Source: Candidatus Pacearchaeota archaeon
GTDB lineage: Archaea > Nanobdellota > Nanobdellia > Pacearchaeales > GW2011-AR1
Length of the DNA stretch: 64,000 nucleotides
Reading direction: 5' to 3'
NCBI GenBank assembly: GCA_016188825.1
Contig: JACPHA010000006.1
Span: forward strand, 10,300 to 74,299
The position numbers and the translations under genes are program-made. Positions 59,700 to 64,000 of this stretch are shown in pieces (position 1 is the first letter of the stretch; the number at the start of each line of letters is the position of its first letter). The notes beneath the pieces are model-generated. The model saw nothing but the letters and a program-made list of their open reading frames with translations. It made no database searches and had not been told where the DNA came from.

Positions 59700-59959
59700 T
59701 TTTCTAAACCATATAAAAATTTATCAATTTCCATACTCCATCTAACTTTCTTCTTGCCAACTCTTATTGGTTTTATTCTCAATAAGTTCCTAGGGTTTCC
59801 GACATCTTCCTTATTTTTTTCCTTTTCTTCTTCCAAAAACTCCCTCATCGCTCTGGTTAGGGCTTCTCCAAGCCTTACTCTTTTCTCAATGGCCCTGGCT
59901 CTAAATTTCCTGAATGTCTCCATATCTACATCTCTCACTCCAACAAACGTTTTTTCCAT
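59696..59959 (-). CDS. Antitoxin (VapB-like, RHH)
   Basis: Overlaps vapC; palindrome TGTTTAA-TATG-TTAAACA at 59961-59978 immediately upstream. Confidence 0.8.
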   Translation of the reverse strand: MEKTFVGVRDVDMETFRKFRARAIEKRVRLGEALTRAMREFLEEEKEKNKEDVGNPRNLLRIKPIRVGKKKVRWSMEIDKFLYGLEK

Positions 59960-60058
59960 ATGTTTAATATGTTAAACAAGTTTAAAAAGTTAACTATCCC
60001 AAAATCGCACAAAAATTACAAAAACAAGATTAATAAAACCCCCTTTCCTAAAATAAAA

Positions 60059-60907
60059 ATGCAGGAATATTATTTTTTATTCGCCATGGCATTTTTATGG
60101 ACTGTGTTTGCAGTAATCCAGGATCTAAAAAATAGAGAAGTAGCAAACTGGCTTAATTTTTCCTTAATCGCTTTTGCTCTTGCTTATCGCGCATTCTATG
60201 CCTCATTAAACTCAAACCTCCAATTCTTTCTCTTAGGAATTTTCGGCTTTGCAATTTTCTTTATTCTTGCTCATGCACTCTATTATGCAAAAGCATTCGC
60301 GGGAGGAGACGCTAAACTACTCATAGCCTATGGCTCAATTTTGCCGTATAAAAACTATCTCTCTCTTCTCTATATCCCATTATTATTCACATTCCTTCTA
60401 TTCCTTATCGGTGCAGTTTATAGCATTCTTTACAGCTCTTTAATAATCGCAAAAAACCGTGAAACGTTTAATGCAGAATTCAAAAAAAGAATAAAAAAAC
60501 AAAAATACCCTCTGATAATTTCACTAACTTTATTCATCGTCTCGGTAATTTACAGCTTTTACAATTCAAAAGCCTCTTTCTTCATAGTCATAACTATAAT
60601 TCCTGCATTTTACATTTATATAAAATCAGTTGAAAAATGCATGTTAAAATTTGTTGCTCCAAATAAACTCACCGAAGGCGATTGGCTTGAAGAAGATGTG
60701 AAAGTGGGAAAAAAAATAATCAGAAAAACAGTTCACGGCCTTTCTCTTGAAGAAATAAAATTACTTAAAAAACATCACAAAAAAATTCTAATAAAAGAAG
60801 GCATTCCATTCACCCCTTCTTTCCTAATAACTCTAATAATTATAGTAATTATGGTATTCTTCTCTTTAACTTCAAAAATTCCCTTTGAACCCTTTCTTCC
60901 CTCTTAA
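60059..60907 (+). CDS. Prepilin/preflagellin peptidase (A24)
   Basis: IQDLKNREVANW, FAGGDAKL, LTEGDWL, GIPFTPSF. Confidence 0.92.
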   Translation: MQEYYFLFAMAFLWTVFAVIQDLKNREVANWLNFSLIAFALAYRAFYASLNSNLQFFLLGIFGFAIFFILAHALYYAKAFAGGDAKLLIAYGSILPYKNYLSLLYIPLLFTFLLFLIGAVYSILYSSLIIAKNRETFNAEFKKRIKKQKYPLIISLTLFIVSVIYSFYNSKASFFIVITIIPAFYIYIKSVEKCMLKFVAPNKLTEGDWLEEDVKVGKKIIRKTVHGLSLEEIKLLKKHHKKILIKEGIPFTPSFLITLIIIVIMVFFSLTSKIPFEPFLPS

Positions 60908-61460
60908 TAACTTCGAGCTTCGGTTTCTCGATAACAACCGTATTAATTTCCTTCTTAACTTGCTCAAGCTCCTTGACATCAGCTTTCTTTCTCTGTTTAA
61001 TCTGCTCCAACGGTTTTTCATACTCTGGAATAAGTTCGATTATTGCCTCTCCAAATTTATTTTCCATTGAAACCTTAACTTTGTTCGCCTTCAAATTTCT
61101 CTGAACTTTTTTAGCAAGCGATTTAGCAAACTCGATTATGCTGTCAGAAATATTCCCTCCGACATTAACTTTCTCCTTTGGAATAACTAAAATATGCCCC
61201 CTCGTCAAAGGATTAAGCTCAAGCACAGCAATTGCCTCAGAATTTTCTTCAACTATCACAGCATCAATCTCTTTATTTGCAATCATCCTAAAAATTTCTT
61301 CTCTTCCACCTCCGCTCATCTTCAGTCCGCTCTCAATCGCCTCAACAGACATAGAATCAATCTGCTCCTCGGCTTCCTTCCTCTTTTCTGGAGGCAAATG
61401 CTCAACCTGTTTCCTCAAACTCTCCTTTACCTGCCTTGTCTGTTCTTCTGTTAAAACCAT
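60849..61460 (-). CDS. HIT-family protein (degenerate His triad)
   Basis: IFRMIANKEI, LELNPLTRGHILVIPK. Confidence 0.8.
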   Translation of the reverse strand: MVLTEEQTRQVKESLRKQVEHLPPEKRKEAEEQIDSMSVEAIESGLKMSGGGREEIFRMIANKEIDAVIVEENSEAIAVLELNPLTRGHILVIPKEKVNVGGNISDSIIEFAKSLAKKVQRNLKANKVKVSMENKFGEAIIELIPEYEKPLEQIKQRKKADVKELEQVKKEINTVVIEKPKLEVIKREERVQREFLKLKRRIP

Positions 61461-61640
61461 TCTTAAAAAAAATAAAACAGTTTTATATAGTTTGTGTAAT
61501 TTGCATAAAATTTTAATAATTGAGAAGATTATTTCTAAATATCATCCAGACTTTAATAACTAGGCACTTTAGTTATAGATTATCAAGGAAAAAATATATT
61601 ATTTTTTCACTATACTTTATGGCTTAGGATTTCTTTACCT

Positions 61641-62435
61641 TTATTTTTTCGGCACGCCGAATTCGTCGGCAGTCAAAACTACCCGACCATCATCGTACGA
61701 GTCAGCGAGATTCCCGCTGCTCGAATAGACGTCGAGGTACCTGCCCAAGTACAACCTCGAAACTCTCGAATCTCCTGTCCAGTTAGTAAATATCCCTTCT
61801 CCTTTTTTGCTCAAACTATCATCAGGCAAACCATTCTCATCAAAACCATTGAATTTGCGCTCCCTATACTTCAGAAGCAATTTATCAGAATAAACAACTT
61901 TAAACTTGTTTCCAACTAAAGGAACAAACATAAAACCATATCCTCCACTTTACAAATCATCGGTAGGAATAACTCTTAAATTTGTTACTAAAGCCGGTGT
62001 TTTTTCCAAGCGAGTAACATCAACTCTTTCTCCTAAATATTCAAAAATATTCTTCTCTCTTTCGTCGTATATTTTAGCTGTTGATCCTCTCAAAACTATT
62101 CCTAAAGTATCGACATAATGTTTTCTTTTTATCATTTCGGCAATTCTCATGTCTTGCAAATCAGAAGGAAGCAAAGTTCTCACTCCATATTGAGAAACGA
62201 TTTGATTTATCAAAGCAGAATCTTGCAAAGTTGAGCCAACCAATTCATTTCCTTGAAGCTCTAATTTAAAGTATAGATTGTTTCCAAATTGTTCTCTTGC
62301 TCTTCGGTAATCTCTGTAAACAACACTTACTAAATCTCCAGTTATTTTGTCTGGAAGCTGAACTGTGTTTCCCGCTTCTTTCGGTAAGAAAACAAAATCT
62401 GCAAGGGTTTTTTCTCTGCCTTGATTAATAGCCAT
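61641..62435 (-). pseudogene. Second putative DGR target gene, split by one in-frame TAA at 61950-61952
   Basis: ORFs 61950-62435 and 61641-61931 are in the same frame (..PTDDL*SGGYGFMFVP..) and together align with 26317-27057. Confidence 0.8.
61677..61760 (-). repeat. DGR variable region VR2, followed by a GC-rich hairpin (61648-61670)
   Basis: SRLYLGRYLDVYSSSGNLADSYDDGRVV; TTCGGC-GT-GCCGAA or GCCGA-CGAAT-TCGGC hairpin. Confidence 0.8.
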
Positions 62436-62501
62436 AATTTTTATACAGATAAAGTCTATTTAAACTTTTCTTTTAATAACTTTAAAAAAGTAACAATCAA
62501 A

Positions 62502-62774
62502 TCATCCAAAAGCTCTTCTATAATCAACAACCGTAGCCGAAGAAACTCCTTCTATTTTTCCCAAAGAGTCTTCGATTATCTCTGTGCTCTTCTCCTCTGG
62601 CCAAGCAAATTTTATCATCACTGCCTTCAAGCCAAAAGCAACCGGCTCTTCATTAAAAGAAATATTCTTAGCTCCGTTTTTATTCAAAATCTTCTCTGCT
62701 TCTTTCCTTATCTTTGCCAAATCTCGATGCAGAGAATCAGGCATAACCTTGGTTATTATCGCTACAATCGACAT
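62502..62774 (-). CDS. ef1b: Translation elongation factor 1-beta (archaeal)
   Basis: KVMPDS..DL, EEPVAFGLKA, IEGVSSA..YRRAFG. Confidence 0.93.
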   Translation of the reverse strand: MSIVAIITKVMPDSLHRDLAKIRKEAEKILNKNGAKNISFNEEPVAFGLKAVMIKFAWPEEKSTEIIEDSLGKIEGVSSATVVDYRRAFG

Positions 62775-62824
62775 TCTTTATTTTAATAAAAAGAGTTTAT
62801 AAACTCTACTTGAAATAAAAATCA

Positions 62825-63226
62825 ATGCTCATAATAAAAAAAATATTAAAAATTTTTAAGTTGCCAATAGCAATTTTGCTCTTGCACATTTTTCTTGTGC
62901 CTCTCGGAATCTACGAAAAATATCTCTGGTTTGATATCCCAATGCACCTACTAGGAGGTTTAAGCGTTGCTATGAGTTACCTCGCCCTGCTAAAATTAAT
63001 GCAAAGCAAAAAACGTTTGCAAATGCCAGAGCAAATCTTGTTTGTTTTTGTTGTGTCGTTAGTTGCACTGACTGGAATTCTCTGGGAATTTTCAGAATTC
63101 ATTCTGGATATTTTAACAACAAGCATAAAAGCCCAGCAAGGTTTAACTGACACAATGTCAGATCTCTTTTTCAATCTGATAGGAGGTGTTTTTGGTTATT
63201 TTTTAAAAAACCATAAATCTTTATAA
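62825..63226 (+). CDS. Membrane protein (DUF2238/VanZ-like)
   Basis: WFDIPMHLLGG, GILWEFSEF, DTMSDLFFNLIGG. Confidence 0.75.
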   Translation: MLIIKKILKIFKLPIAILLLHIFLVPLGIYEKYLWFDIPMHLLGGLSVAMSYLALLKLMQSKKRLQMPEQILFVFVVSLVALTGILWEFSEFILDILTTSIKAQQGLTDTMSDLFFNLIGGVFGYFLKNHKSL

Positions 63227-63248
63227 ACAATCACTAATTGAAACAAAA

Positions 63249-64000
63249 ATGGACAACTATGAAAAACTGCTCGAAAGAATTTCAAAAGCATCAAAACTTG
63301 AAAAGGAAGAAATAGAAAGGAAAATAGAGGCGAAAAAAGCAAAACTTTCTGGACTAATCTCAAAAGAGGGCGCAGCGCAAATAGTCGCGGCAGAGCTTGG
63401 CATTAATTTTGATCAAGAAAGATTAAAGATTTCAGAAATTGTAAGCGGGATGAAAAGAGCAAACGTCATCGGCAAAGTAATAAAAATAGATTCGATAAGA
63501 GAATACAATAAAAACGGCAAACAGGGAAAAGTAGCAAATCTCTGGCTCGCAGATGAAACCTCAAACATTCGCGTTGTTCTCTGGGACACAAACCACATTG
63601 CCCTGATAGAAAACGGAAAAATAAAAGAAGGCTCTGTAATAGAAATTTCAAACGGAAGCATGCGCAATGCCGAATTGCACTTGGCCTCTTTCTCGGACAT
63701 AAAAATAAGCAAAGAAGAAATTGAAAATGTGGTGTTGGAAAAAGAATTTTCCGAAAAAAGATTCAAAGACGCAAAATCTGGCGAGAACTTAAAATCAAGA
63801 GCAGTAATAGTAAATGCATTTGATCCAAAATATTTTGAAGTCTGCCCAGAATGCTCTAAAAAAGCAGTAGAAAAAAAATGCGAAACCCATGGCTCTGTTG
63901 TTCCTGTAAAACGAGCCCTTGTCGGCATTGTCCTTGACGACGGCACAGAAACAATGCGCTCAACTCTATTCATGGAGCAGATAAAAAATTTAGGCATAAC
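63249..64000 (+). CDS. OB-fold RPA-like ssDNA-binding protein, partial (runs off the window)
   Basis: LSGLISKEGAAQIVAAELG; ADETSNIRVVLWD; CPEC..CETH Zn motif; LDDGTETMR. Confidence 0.85.
   Translation, partial: MDNYEKLLERISKASKLEKEEIERKIEAKKAKLSGLISKEGAAQIVAAELGINFDQERLKISEIVSGMKRANVIGKVIKIDSIREYNKNGKQGKVANLWLADETSNIRVVLWDTNHIALIENGKIKEGSVIEISNGSMRNAELHLASFSDIKISKEEIENVVLEKEFSEKRFKDAKSGENLKSRAVIVNAFDPKYFEVCPECSKKAVEKKCETHGSVVPVKRALVGIVLDDGTETMRSTLFMEQIKNLGI

Noticed and set aside
61950..61952. Stop-codon recoding or alternative genetic code
   Set aside because: TAA terminates many normal genes here, and this is a single case.
1..64000. DGR template repeat or reverse transcriptase within the window
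   Set aside because: I saw no third AAC-rich copy of the VR and no ORF with RT motifs; a by-eye search could miss a degenerate copy.

Overview
AT-rich archaeal chromosome segment, most consistent with a DPANN lineage such as Pacearchaeota or Woesearchaeota. This assignment is inferred from the archaeal TyrRS, EF-1beta, split Hef, RPA-like gene and many class III signal-peptide proteins. Housekeeping genes include tRNA-Val(GAC), tyrS, a DRG-type GTPase, an M16 peptidase, a 2'-5' RNA ligase, Hef helicase and ERCC4 nuclease, a HIT protein and EF-1beta. They are interleaved with several toxin-antitoxin pairs, a type II R-M locus, a tRNA-adjacent island of modular secreted/lipoproteins, and a large type IV pilus-like locus (ATPase, TadC/FlaJ-like platform, 11 class III signal-peptide proteins, prepilin peptidase). 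Main finding: two strongly diverged paralogs about 35 kb apart (26317-27057 and 61641-62435) share an 84-nt C-terminal segment. The two copies differ almost only at codon positions 1-2 and each is followed by a GC-rich hairpin. This is the signature of remote diversity-generating retroelement (DGR) variable regions. I saw no template repeat or reverse transcriptase in the window. Intergenic regions carry a modular family of hairpin repeats (GTGYTCAAGA..TCTTGACAT cores and about 43-bp TAG..CTA hairpins, one with an inverted loop) and a gene-less IS200/IS605-like mini-element. All calls were made by eye; no database searches were run.
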